From IMG/VR virus record IMGVR_UViG_3300035208_002606: a stretch of 64,000 bases of DNA. One strand, written 5' to 3'. Below are positions 39,534 through 48,858 of the stretch, in pieces. Within the stretch, counting starts at the first letter, position 1. Every line of letters begins with the position of its first letter. A model generated the notes under the pieces. That model searched no databases and had not been told where the DNA came from. It saw nothing but the letters and a program-made list of their open reading frames with translations. The translations under genes and the position numbers were made by a program. This stretch comes from a virus. Taxonomy: Duplodnaviria > Heunggongvirae > Uroviricota > Caudoviricetes.

Positions 39534-41033
39534 ATGATTCTTGTCGAGAAAACCGCTAACCCTAATTACTTAAAAGTCTCAGCCGAGAAATCTATTTTCG
39601 GTTTCCTAAGCCTTCACTTCACGGTCAAAGACAAAAATTGTTTCTTTCACCCCCTGTACAAGAAAAAACTTTGGGACGGCAAGATAAGATTCCTAAGGTC
39701 TGACGGAACCATTCTGTCGGGCCTACTCGTTGAGATTCTCAGGATTGCCAAAATCAATCATTGGCAAGTACAGTTCGACAAAGACCTCATCCTGAACCCG
39801 CACAAGTTCCAACGCCCTGAAATCGAACTCAGCCTGAAGGATGTCACCCTATTTCCTGACCAAGTGGACACGATAGAAAAACTCCTGAAGTATAATTACG
39901 GACTCTGTAAACTTCCCACGAGCGCAGGAAAGAGTTATATCGAGATAGCCATCATGAACCTCTACAGGCTCCGAGGCCTGAAGAATATGATTTTAATCGT
40001 TCCACGGCAGACGCTCGTGGAACAGATTTACGAGGATGTCGTTCTGAAATCCCCCTTTCTCAAGCCTGAAGAAGTGGGCCGTCTCTACGGCGGCATGAAG
40101 GAATGGGACAAGCCCGTTGTCGTTGCGACTTGGCAGAGCCTCAACACGCTCTTGCAGTTGGACTCCGATTACGGCAAGCGGTTTGAACTGCTCATCCTTG
40201 ATGAGTGTCATATATCTTCTTCAGTAGCAAAAGTTACTAAAGAAGTCATCACCGCCTTCCCCACCAAGCACAAATATGGATTCTCTGCAACAATTTTAAG
40301 TAGAGACGCTGATAAACTTGAGTATCTTAATTCAGTTTCACTCTTTGGCCCAATAACCGCAAGTGGGAGTATCCAAAAACTTCAAGAAATAGATAGAATT
40401 TCTGATGCCGAGATACAAATCAAATTGCTGAAGTATTCCATTCAGCCAGAAATAAAAACATACAACGAATATCAAGATTTTGTGCGTTATTCTCCGAAAC
40501 GAAGAGAATATATCGTGGAATTAATTAAAGAAGTAAAAAATAGATTACCGAACTCTAATGGCCTTCTTCTTATTCGTAATGTTGATTTTGCTAGAGAAAT
40601 GACTGAAATGTTACAGAAAGATTTTGGTGAAAATGTTCATTTAATTGAAGGGTCTGTTAAAGTCGAGGATAGAATTGAAATAAAAAACACTATAAAAAGA
40701 AATGAGAATCAGATATTGGTGGCTTCGGTAGGAACATTTTCTATAGGAGAAAATTTACCCAATCTCCATTGGCTGATTTTGGTTCAATCCCGCAAATCCG
40801 AAATAGAAACCATTCAACAGGTCGGCAGATTATTGAGAAAATATCCAGGGAAAGAAAAGGCACTCATATATGATATAACGGATGACTTGACGGTAATTCG
40901 GACAAACGAAAATGGCAAAGAAATAAAGAAAAATTTCGGGAAAAAACACTTGAAAAAACGCATAGAAGTCTTCCAACGACACGGATTAAAAGTAGTAGGG
41001 ATAGAACAAGTTTATCTTCAAAATAATAAATAG
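39534..41033 (+). CDS. uvsW: SF2 DNA helicase UvsW
   Basis: YKKKLWDGKIRF, PTSAGKS, ATWQSL, DECH, GFSAT, QQVGRLLR. Confidence 0.92.
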   Translation: MILVEKTANPNYLKVSAEKSIFGFLSLHFTVKDKNCFFHPLYKKKLWDGKIRFLRSDGTILSGLLVEILRIAKINHWQVQFDKDLILNPHKFQRPEIELSLKDVTLFPDQVDTIEKLLKYNYGLCKLPTSAGKSYIEIAIMNLYRLRGLKNMILIVPRQTLVEQIYEDVVLKSPFLKPEEVGRLYGGMKEWDKPVVVATWQSLNTLLQLDSDYGKRFELLILDECHISSSVAKVTKEVITAFPTKHKYGFSATILSRDADKLEYLNSVSLFGPITASGSIQKLQEIDRISDAEIQIKLLKYSIQPEIKTYNEYQDFVRYSPKRREYIVELIKEVKNRLPNSNGLLLIRNVDFAREMTEMLQKDFGENVHLIEGSVKVEDRIEIKNTIKRNENQILVASVGTFSIGENLPNLHWLILVQSRKSEIETIQQVGRLLRKYPGKEKALIYDITDDLTVIRTNENGKEIKKNFGKKHLKKRIEVFQRHGLKVVGIEQVYLQNNK

Positions 41034-41119
41034 TAGTGAGGGACAGGGTTCGCTACCTTTTCAAAATGTCCTACCATTTTGAATAACCTCACTAATATTT
41101 TAGTCAGTAGGAGGGCCAA
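41026..41119 (+). promoter_or_regulatory. Endonuclease leader element copy 4
   Basis: ATAAATA; P1 tagtgagg/cctcacta; P3 ttcaaaatg/cattttgaa; loop tcctac pairs with gtagga. Confidence 0.8.
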
Positions 41120-41782
41120 ATGGATTTAGAAAACGGAATTATTTATATTGCCACCAATTTAGTTAATGGAAAACAATATGTGGGCCAAACAGTTAGAAGT
41201 ATAAAAGATAGAATATACGAACATAAAACAAGAAATAAAAAAACTTGTCCTGTTTTTCATTCCGCTATTGTCAAGTATAATATTTCATCTTTCAAATGGG
41301 TGTATTTTGAATATCCTATTGAAAATTTAGATTGGGCTGAAAATTTTTGGATAAAAACCCTGGACACAATATCACCTAATGGTTATAATTTAGATTCAGG
41401 GGGAAACACAACGAAACGACATCATAATTTATCCAAATTAAAAATGAAAATGAAAAAACTTGGGCAAAACAATCCTAATTTTGGACGAATAGGGGAAAAA
41501 CATCCGATGTTTGGTTTAAGAGGTGAAAAAAGTCCTTTGTATGGAAAACCTAGACCAGAATCGTTTAAATTAAAAATGAAAAAAATAATGGAAGGGGATA
41601 ATCATCCTAATTTTGGAAACCATTTGTCACAGACTACAAGAGAAAAAATATCCAAGGCCTTAAAAAATAAATCAAAAAGTGAAAAACATAAATTGTCATT
41701 ATCCAAATCACATAAAGGACAAACTCCTTGGAATAAAGGAAAGTTGGGATGGAAAAAGAAAAAGAGACAGGCTGTGATATAA
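41120..41782 (+). CDS. GIY-YIG homing endonuclease
   Basis: GIIY..NLVNGKQYVGQT, PNGYNLDSGG, PWNKG. Confidence 0.88.
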   Translation: MDLENGIIYIATNLVNGKQYVGQTVRSIKDRIYEHKTRNKKTCPVFHSAIVKYNISSFKWVYFEYPIENLDWAENFWIKTLDTISPNGYNLDSGGNTTKRHHNLSKLKMKMKKLGQNNPNFGRIGEKHPMFGLRGEKSPLYGKPRPESFKLKMKKIMEGDNHPNFGNHLSQTTREKISKALKNKSKSEKHKLSLSKSHKGQTPWNKGKLGWKKKKRQAVI

Positions 41783-41812
41783 TAAATAGTAGTAGAGTCT
41801 AGGAGGAATAAA

Positions 41813-42298
41813 ATGTTAATTCTTGACGAGAACGGAAAAGTAATCGAAAGTAACAATAAAAGTGTAGACGAGTTAAAGCGTGAATCCTACAAGCACGGCA
41901 ACGAGCAAATCCTGAAGGAAGAGGAAAAGGAAGAACTTACATCCTTCGTAGACAGCCTGGAAGAATTAGAGGGTGACGGGGAGGAAGATGCCAACATGGA
42001 AGCCGATAATCTCGACCCCTCTGCTGCCGAAGTAGCAATGGTTTTTGCAGAGTTCAAGGCCAATTTCGTCCGACAATTCGGAGAGGAAGAGTGTCAGGAC
42101 GCTTTTTTGCAGTTTGAGGACTTCTTTAGCGGCAAAGGTGTGGATGTCAGCATAGACTTAGGCGACCTTGGAGCAGGAGAAGGAATCCCAGGAGTTGAAA
42201 GTTCCGAACAGGAAATCATTTCAAGCGAGATTGAAGAACAAATCAACCACACAAAGCAACAATTCAACAGTTGGTTGGAGAGGAAAGGGAAGAAGTAA
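41813..42298 (+). CDS. Acidic late protein (possible head core protein)
   Basis: ATAAATA at 41782, AGGAGG RBS, very E/D-rich. Confidence 0.55.
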   Translation: MLILDENGKVIESNNKSVDELKRESYKHGNEQILKEEEKEELTSFVDSLEELEGDGEEDANMEADNLDPSAAEVAMVFAEFKANFVRQFGEEECQDAFLQFEDFFSGKGVDVSIDLGDLGAGEGIPGVESSEQEIISSEIEEQINHTKQQFNSWLERKGKK

Positions 42299-42299
42299 A

Positions 42300-42479
42300 A
42301 TGACCCAATCCCAACTTAAATCAAAAATCAAAGACTTGCAAGACGAAATAATCCGATTAGACCATAAATATCACTTCAGTACGGACGATGTGGAAGTAGA
42401 CGAAAAGACATTGGATATGATTTCAAAAAAGATTGACCACTTGCAAATGCTTCAGGATATGTTAGAAACAGCAAATTAA
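42300..42479 (+). CDS. Small hypothetical protein
   Basis: ATG 42300 directly after the previous stop. Confidence 0.5.
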   Translation: MTQSQLKSKIKDLQDEIIRLDHKYHFSTDDVEVDEKTLDMISKKIDHLQMLQDMLETAN

Positions 42480-42497
42480 TAACGAAAGGAAGTACGA

Positions 42498-43073
42498 ATG
42501 ACTGCCAACGATGCTTGGATAATTTACAAACGAATCGACAATGAAATCAATGCCCTTGAAGTACCCTTGCAGACGTACATAGGCATGGAATTGAAAGACC
42601 CCCGCAAACTTCAAATCTATCAGTCCATTGTGGATTCGGGAGTGGATGTCAAGAAGTTTTTCCTTGCCAATTGTACCCTGAATAAGGAGTTTTGGATTGA
42701 TTTTTACAAGTTCAACCCTGAACGATGCCTGACTCTTTATCACTCTTGGGATGAGTTCCTACGGTCGAACCGTCCCGACTACTTCAGACGGGTCATGGAA
42801 GAACTCAAGAAGGGAATCAGGCTGAATTTGGACGATAGGGACAAGTTCTTGGAGTTGGTACAGGTTCATGACCCATTGTTATTCTCAGCCCTTTATCCTG
42901 AGGATTTGGAATTACTGCTATCCTTGGATGACGATTGGGTAAAATTCCACATCCCGCCATATCAGAACGCAATGGAGTATATCCGCAAGGTCATTCGGGG
43001 GCATTTGATTCTGAAGGAGATGAAGAGTTTCGACAAATTACGAGCAGGGGTTTTAAAGATAATTGATAAATAG
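42498..43073 (+). CDS. Hypothetical protein, possibly a gp59-like helicase loader
   Basis: Size, context and weak similarity (A..IY, FFLAN...FWI). Confidence 0.35.
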   Translation: MTANDAWIIYKRIDNEINALEVPLQTYIGMELKDPRKLQIYQSIVDSGVDVKKFFLANCTLNKEFWIDFYKFNPERCLTLYHSWDEFLRSNRPDYFRRVMEELKKGIRLNLDDRDKFLELVQVHDPLLFSALYPEDLELLLSLDDDWVKFHIPPYQNAMEYIRKVIRGHLILKEMKSFDKLRAGVLKIIDK

Positions 43074-43096
43074 GGGTAGAGGAGATTCCGATTCAG

Positions 43097-43465
43097 ATGA
43101 AATTCACAATAGTAACTGAAAATTTATTGATAGAAGAAACAGTCAATCAACTAAGAAGTAATTTATCACAAATTTCTAAAGAAATAAAATCGACTTATGA
43201 TGTCGAATTACGAACATATATAGAACCTAAAGAAAGAGGGAGTCAAAAAAAGAATAGAGTTTTTATCGAGTGGATTAAAGCATTGCGCCCGGGCGCAGCC
43301 GCTTTCGCCATGCAAAAATTTTGCGAATGGGCAGACCAAAATGGTATTACTTTGGGATTAAAGGCTAGTGATGATTTTGGCACGAATAAAGAAAAATTAA
43401 TATCATTTTATAACCATTTCAACTTTATTCCCATTATAAGTGAAATGGAAAGAGAACCTAAATAA
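43097..43465 (+). CDS. GNAT-like protein
   Basis: G.A..AMQKFCEWADQNGITLGL...KLISFY..FNF. Confidence 0.5.
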   Translation: MKFTIVTENLLIEETVNQLRSNLSQISKEIKSTYDVELRTYIEPKERGSQKKNRVFIEWIKALRPGAAAFAMQKFCEWADQNGITLGLKASDDFGTNKEKLISFYNHFNFIPIISEMEREPK

Positions 43466-43480
43466 CAAGGAGGGCCGCAG

Positions 43481-44122
43481 ATGATAAAATTAAAAGAAAT
43501 TCGTAGAAAAGACATAGAATATAGTACGTCCAAAAAAGGTGATGTGATAACAGTTGATATTACGGGAAATCCTGATGAAAGAAAGGCAAGGATTTTAACA
43601 AATAAATGGCAAAAACTTGAAACATCAATGCGAATTCTTAAAAAGCATTTAGATGAAACCAAATCTGAAATTAGAAACACCATTAAAGACATTGTTGATG
43701 CCGCTGACCTCCTTAATACAGTTAAATTTGAGGCAGAAAAATTTATTGTCACGATGGATAAACAAGTCAATTTAACAAAGGAGAATAAAGATAAATATTA
43801 TGCCTACCTTGCCAAAGCATTAAACATGAGCGAGGAGGCAGTTCAGGCTTTAGAAAAGAGTTTAACAGAAAGGGTAGAAACAGGGAGTATTAAAGAACCC
43901 ACATTACGCTATACCCCAAAAATGGAATCTGTTTTTTCAACCATTAAATCTGCTTTTTATAATTTATTTGTCAAAAAATACATCAACCCCATTAAAGATA
44001 TTTTAAGCATGGTCGCTTCCGTTGCAGAAGAAGAAAATATTTATAATAATTTGACTTCAGAAGATATTCAAAAATATGGAACCGAAAAGGAACAAGAATT
44101 TCTTAACGAATATATAAAATGA
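43481..44122 (+). CDS. Hypothetical late protein
   Basis: AAGGAGG RBS; its C-terminal motif is shared with 37423-39501. Confidence 0.6.
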   Translation: MIKLKEIRRKDIEYSTSKKGDVITVDITGNPDERKARILTNKWQKLETSMRILKKHLDETKSEIRNTIKDIVDAADLLNTVKFEAEKFIVTMDKQVNLTKENKDKYYAYLAKALNMSEEAVQALEKSLTERVETGSIKEPTLRYTPKMESVFSTIKSAFYNLFVKKYINPIKDILSMVASVAEEENIYNNLTSEDIQKYGTEKEQEFLNEYIK

Positions 44123-44706
44123 AACTAAAAATATTAAACGAAACCAAAATCAGCAGGGTGTGGCAATTCGTTGAGAACCCTAAGTATTCCTTCGGAATTA
44201 TGTCCGCACATCGTAGCGACCTCTCAAGAGACGAGAACGAAGAGAACGAGACCGAACTCCTGAAGAATATTCTCGACAACGGCTACGGATTCATCGAACT
44301 TGTCGGCGGCAGTACGGAAAAGTTGGACAGCGGCGAAGAGGTCGAAATCACCGAACCCTCTTACCTTATCAACGGCATCACCCGCAGAAAACTTGTCAAT
44401 TGGGGGGTCAAGTACAATCAGGACTCAGTTCTCTACAAGAACAAGGACGGTTTTGAACTTATCTCGACTTCCGAACGGAACAACAAGAAGGTCGGGGATA
44501 TCCTAGGACAGTTTAACTTCGCCCAAGGTCGGGAGAATATTGCCCTAGGCATCGAGGCCGTTCGTCAATATTATTCAAGATTAAAGAAGGGCAGTCACCG
44601 CCGCAAGAAGTTTTCCTTCGTCTTCAAGGAAAAACTAAGACCGAATTGGATGGGCGGGATGGCAAACCAAGCACCTGTTTGGATAACCCTAATCGAAGAT
44701 AAATAA
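44119..44706 (+). CDS. Conserved T4-like-phage hypothetical protein
   Basis: GIMSAHR..EN...L...GYG...GG...E.SY...G.KYNQDSVL. Confidence 0.6.
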   Translation: MKLKILNETKISRVWQFVENPKYSFGIMSAHRSDLSRDENEENETELLKNILDNGYGFIELVGGSTEKLDSGEEVEITEPSYLINGITRRKLVNWGVKYNQDSVLYKNKDGFELISTSERNNKKVGDILGQFNFAQGRENIALGIEAVRQYYSRLKKGSHRRKKFSFVFKEKLRPNWMGGMANQAPVWITLIEDK

Positions 44707-44744
44707 TCCCATCACACTTCAACCTGTGGTATAATAAGAGTAAG

Positions 44745-45668
44745 ATGAAACAAAAGAAACTCATACTCTTGGATTTTAATAACATGGTTTACATCGTGGT
44801 GTTTTCCAGATACCTTGTAGACAAGTACAAAGGAATCACCACAAAGGCAATGACGAAAGAGAAGATGGACGAACTGATGCGGGATTCGTTAAAGATGATG
44901 TTCTGTAAAATCTTTAACATTCTCGAATGGAATCAGGATTACCAGATTGACCTCCTATTTGCCAAGGACGGCTACAGGCTTTGGCGCAGGAACAGGCTCT
45001 TTCAGGAGTACAAGGCCCACCGCAAGAGCAAAAGAGATGCCTCTTCCGTTGACTTTGAACTCGTCTTCAATATCTTTGATGAAATTTGGGAGCAGTTGAA
45101 GGCCGTCTTGCCGTATCGTTTCATAAATTTGGACGGCATTGAAGTGGACGATATTATTTACGAAACGATAATGTCGGAATACGACAGTTACGATGCCTTT
45201 CAGATTTATTCAGCCGATGCCGACTTCGTTCAAATCCTGAGGAATAAAAAGGTCGAACTGTACAACCCTAAAATGAAGGAGTTCCGTAAGCCTGAGGATT
45301 CGGAGTTCGACCTGTTCGAGAAAATTATAAGGGGGGACAAATCAGATGGTATTCCGAATATTTACACAGACTCCATCACGGAGCGTCAAAAGCCAATCTT
45401 TACCACTTCTATCAAGGCTTGGTATCAAGACAAAAATGCTTTTAAGGAATTTCTCAAAGCCCAACCCAAGGAAGTGCAAAAGCGATTCATCCGCAACAAG
45501 CGGTTGATTGACATGCGGGATATTCCTGACGATATTCGGAACGATATTCGTACTGCCCTTGTAGTTCCGTCTAAAAATTTCAACCTTCAGGAATACATGA
45601 AAACGGCAAAAAAATATTACATCGAAATGATGGAAGAAAAGGCTGAGATGATTTTCAGAACGGAATAA
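44745..45668 (+). CDS. rnh: RNase H / 5'-3' flap exonuclease (T4 rnh-like)
   Basis: LLDFNN, WRR....EYKAHR, EVDDII, SADADFVQ, GDKSDGIPNI, RNKRLID. Confidence 0.9.
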   Translation: MKQKKLILLDFNNMVYIVVFSRYLVDKYKGITTKAMTKEKMDELMRDSLKMMFCKIFNILEWNQDYQIDLLFAKDGYRLWRRNRLFQEYKAHRKSKRDASSVDFELVFNIFDEIWEQLKAVLPYRFINLDGIEVDDIIYETIMSEYDSYDAFQIYSADADFVQILRNKKVELYNPKMKEFRKPEDSEFDLFEKIIRGDKSDGIPNIYTDSITERQKPIFTTSIKAWYQDKNAFKEFLKAQPKEVQKRFIRNKRLIDMRDIPDDIRNDIRTALVVPSKNFNLQEYMKTAKKYYIEMMEEKAEMIFRTE

Positions 45669-45669
45669 A

Positions 45670-46068
45670 ATGACAATAGAAGAAATCAGGAAACAGGTTT
45701 TTGAGGATGCCCGTCAGCAGTATGAAGACCCCACCGACAGGCTTCAGTCCAACGGGGATAAGGCATTAAAGTATGCAGAATACCGATATCGTATTAGCAA
45801 GGAAAGGGACAAGCAGAAGCGATTGCTAGACCTAAAATACGCAGAATTGTACAAGGCGAACAAGTTCGAATCCAATCGTATTCTTAAAAATAAGCAGGAT
45901 GTGGAGTGCTTCATCGACACGGACGAAGAATATCAAAAGTTAAGAGCCGCTTTCGATACATTGGAAAGTATACTAACTTTTCTTGACCAAGTGGTTCAGG
46001 TCTATCAACAGCGTGAAGCATCGGAACGCCTTATCTTTAAATCCAAAACAGGAATAGGGGACAGATGA
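45670..46068 (+). CDS. uvsY: Recombination mediator, UvsY-like
   Basis: Helical 132 aa; K.DVECFIDTDEEY, FL...V....QR; context. Confidence 0.7.
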   Translation: MTIEEIRKQVFEDARQQYEDPTDRLQSNGDKALKYAEYRYRISKERDKQKRLLDLKYAELYKANKFESNRILKNKQDVECFIDTDEEYQKLRAAFDTLESILTFLDQVVQVYQQREASERLIFKSKTGIGDR

Positions 46069-46256
46069 AATACGATTTAACAGCAACGATAAAAGATGGT
46101 TTTGGTCGCACCCAAACATTCGCCCATTATTCCAATATTTCTGTTTGGAAGGCATTTTGGGTATTTATCGATATTTATTTTAAAACGAAAAAGAATAAAA
46201 GAAACCATATCATTATCACACTTGATGAAAAATTAATAAGGAGTAAAAATGAATAA
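46065..46256 (+). CDS. Hypothetical protein
   Basis: ATGA-coupled small ORF. Confidence 0.45.
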   Translation: MKYDLTATIKDGFGRTQTFAHYSNISVWKAFWVFIDIYFKTKKNKRNHIIITLDEKLIRSKNE

Positions 46257-46986
46257 AGACAATTTTATACTTCTAGATATAGAAGTTAACGTCAACGAGA
46301 ATTTGCAAATCGACAGGCACTTCCACGCCATTCAAATCGGCGCAACCAAAATCACAGACGGAGACTTTAAGAACTATCAGACCTTCAATGCTTTTATCAA
46401 GACACAGAAGATTGAAGAGTATCCCGAAGTCGGCACGGAACTGACGAAGTTCATCAAGAAACTGACGAAGATTACTCAGAAGCAAGTGGATACGGCAGAG
46501 GCTTTTCCCGAAGTGTGGAACAAGTTCTTGGTGTTTTCTGCCCCGTACTTCGAGTTCTTCGCAAGTTGGGGTAAGTACGATTGGGATGTTCTCAAACGTA
46601 ATTGTGATTATTATGACCTTCCGTTCCCGTTCAAGTACCATGTCAACCTGAAGGATTATTACAAGGTGATTTTTAAGAACGAAGATGTTCAAATGGGTGC
46701 AGGGGTTAGAGCGGCTTGCAACTATTTTAAAATCCCCTTCAACGAACAGGGTCAACACAACGGCCTAGAGGATGCCAAGATGATTACGGCTATTGCGGCT
46801 GCTATGGTCGAAAGGGGATTTTACACTTTCAAGAAAACACCATATAATATAGATACGGAAGAGTTGCTAAGACCCACCCCTAAAGACCTTTCGGCCTATA
46901 GATATTTTCTCAATCCCATTCTAGTCAAGGAGTGGAACAAGACTCAAAAACGGTTGAAAGAAATCAAGTATTTCATGTTTCCGTGA
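46249..46986 (+). CDS. DEDDh 3'-5' exonuclease (ERI-1/KapD-like)
   Basis: LDIE, IQIGA, LTKITQ..VD.A, SWG.YD, HNGLEDA. Confidence 0.85.
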   Translation: MNKDNFILLDIEVNVNENLQIDRHFHAIQIGATKITDGDFKNYQTFNAFIKTQKIEEYPEVGTELTKFIKKLTKITQKQVDTAEAFPEVWNKFLVFSAPYFEFFASWGKYDWDVLKRNCDYYDLPFPFKYHVNLKDYYKVIFKNEDVQMGAGVRAACNYFKIPFNEQGQHNGLEDAKMITAIAAAMVERGFYTFKKTPYNIDTEELLRPTPKDLSAYRYFLNPILVKEWNKTQKRLKEIKYFMFP

Positions 46987-46994
46987 GGACAAAA

Positions 46995-48119
46995 ATGGAA
47001 AAAAAGTTTTGGCATCCGTCCGTTACATCCCAATTTACTGTTTGCCCCATTCCTTATCATATGGATACTTACAGAGGGTGTACCTACAACTGCCTCTACT
47101 GCTTCGCAAGAGACTTCGTTGTATTCTCCCGTAGGAATTCCGAACACAAGGAATTTTCATATCTAGTCGGCAACAAAGCAGACTCCCTAGACAAATGGAT
47201 TCAGCGAACTCTCAAGAAGGATTACGATTACGACAAAGCGGAGGAAGTGGCTTTCAAGGAGCGCATCCCCATCAAGATTGGTGCAACTTCCGACCCCTTT
47301 CCACGCTCCGAAGCGCAGGACAAAATCACTTACGATATTTTGAAGGTGTTCGAAAAGTACGATTACCCCTTGGAAATTCAGACGAAGAATCCCGAAGTAC
47401 TTGCAACTTACGCAGAAGACTTTAAAAATCCAAATTGGGTCGTAGCAGTTACGCTGATTTCAACAGATGAAGATTTCCTGAAAGTGGTTGAACCTCTCGC
47501 CCCTTCTGCAAAGGAACGTCTAGCCGCAATTAAGAAATTGACGGAGCAGGGTAAGAAAGTGATGGTGAAAATACAACCCGCCATCTATCCCAAAATCCTG
47601 AAGGACTTGCCCGACTTGGTCGAGAAGATTCACGAGGCAGGGTGCTTCGGCTTCAACACCGAAGGATTGAAAATCAGGAAATCAATGCCTGAAAGTGAAC
47701 GGCTTCTTTTTACTAAAATCAGTAAGGCCATCGGTTACGACCTGAGGAATTATTACGCCAAGAATGGAATTACAACAGGTTCGGATTGGGAGATGACCAA
47801 TCCGAAGAAAATGGAATATATCAACTTGGCACAATCTTTGGCAGATAAATACGGACTGAAATTCTATGTTGCAGACAACAATATGGGCTGTCTAGGTTGT
47901 AACGGAGAATGTTGCGGGACAGACCTTCTGCACGATTACAGGATTTGGGGAAACAACACCCGCAGTCGGCAGTTTCCCGATAAGTCAAAATATTCCGAAG
48001 AACTAGGAAAGTGCAAGGTCAACTTCGTCCGCAGTCAGACCAATGCCAACAAAACAATGAATGAAGTTTCTCAACGCTATAACGAGAAACAGAAGTACGC
48101 TTTGAAGACATTAGTATGA
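46995..48119 (+). CDS. Radical SAM protein (SplB-like family)
   Basis: DTYRGCTYNCLYCFA, GATSDPF, IQTK, EP.APS..ER. Confidence 0.88.
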   Translation: MEKKFWHPSVTSQFTVCPIPYHMDTYRGCTYNCLYCFARDFVVFSRRNSEHKEFSYLVGNKADSLDKWIQRTLKKDYDYDKAEEVAFKERIPIKIGATSDPFPRSEAQDKITYDILKVFEKYDYPLEIQTKNPEVLATYAEDFKNPNWVVAVTLISTDEDFLKVVEPLAPSAKERLAAIKKLTEQGKKVMVKIQPAIYPKILKDLPDLVEKIHEAGCFGFNTEGLKIRKSMPESERLLFTKISKAIGYDLRNYYAKNGITTGSDWEMTNPKKMEYINLAQSLADKYGLKFYVADNNMGCLGCNGECCGTDLLHDYRIWGNNTRSRQFPDKSKYSEELGKCKVNFVRSQTNANKTMNEVSQRYNEKQKYALKTLV

Positions 48120-48151
48120 AACATATCGATTTATTTGCAGGAAGAGTATGA
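48116..48151 (+). pseudogene. Stranded 5' stub of the DNA methyltransferase gene
   Basis: Encodes MKHIDLFAGRV*, matching HIDLFAG of 48839; ATGA-coupled to the radical SAM stop. Confidence 0.75.
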
Positions 48152-48156
48152 AAACA

Positions 48157-48258
48157 ATAAATAATAGTGTAGGGACAAGGAGTAATTACCCATTCGGAAT
48201 ACCTCGTATATTCTGGATTACCTACACTATTTTAATAATTTTACGAGGAGGTTGTTAA
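48157..48258 (+). promoter_or_regulatory. Endonuclease leader element copy 5
   Basis: ATAAATA; P1 atagtgtagg/cctacactat; P3 ttcggaata/tattctgga; loop cctcgta pairs with tacgagg. Confidence 0.8.
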
Positions 48259-48858
48259 ATGGAAAATAATATTGAACTTAAAGAGAAAAAACGATTAAAA
48301 TATTGTTGGGTTTGTGGAAAAGAATTTGAGGCACATACGCCGTGGCACAGATATTGCTCGCACAAATGTGAAGCAGAAAATCAAAGAAATATTAAAGGAA
48401 GAGTTGTTGATAAAGGAAGATATTGTAGACAATGTGGGAAAAAATTTATTCCTTCACGAAATGGGGGACAAAATAAACAACATTGCTCTCCCGAATGTGC
48501 AGTTAAAAGTGCTAGAGAATCTAGGTCTAAATTTTATAAACTAAATCCACAAAAACGAAAAGAGTATGGTTTAAATAGAGAAAAAAAAGTAGGAAAAGAC
48601 AATAATTTATTAAGATTTTATTTGCGATATCCTGAAGCCCCTAAAAAATGTCAAGGTTGTGGCAATGATAGGGTTCTTGATATTGCACACAGACCCGAAT
48701 TTAGGAGAAATGGGGCTTGGAGGTCTAAATCAAATACAACAATCAAAAAAGTATGGATTTTATGCCCAACTTGTCACGCTTTGTTAGATAGAAAAGGCTG
48801 GACTCCAGAAGAGATTGGGATAAAGGAGGAGGAGTCAAATGCCGCTAAAGAAATTTAA
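48259..48858 (+). CDS. HNH-like endonuclease with two Zn fingers
   Basis: CxxC..YCS..C twice; CQGC...LDIAH...LCPTCH. Confidence 0.75.
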   Translation: MENNIELKEKKRLKYCWVCGKEFEAHTPWHRYCSHKCEAENQRNIKGRVVDKGRYCRQCGKKFIPSRNGGQNKQHCSPECAVKSARESRSKFYKLNPQKRKEYGLNREKKVGKDNNLLRFYLRYPEAPKKCQGCGNDRVLDIAHRPEFRRNGAWRSKSNTTIKKVWILCPTCHALLDRKGWTPEEIGIKEEESNAAKEI

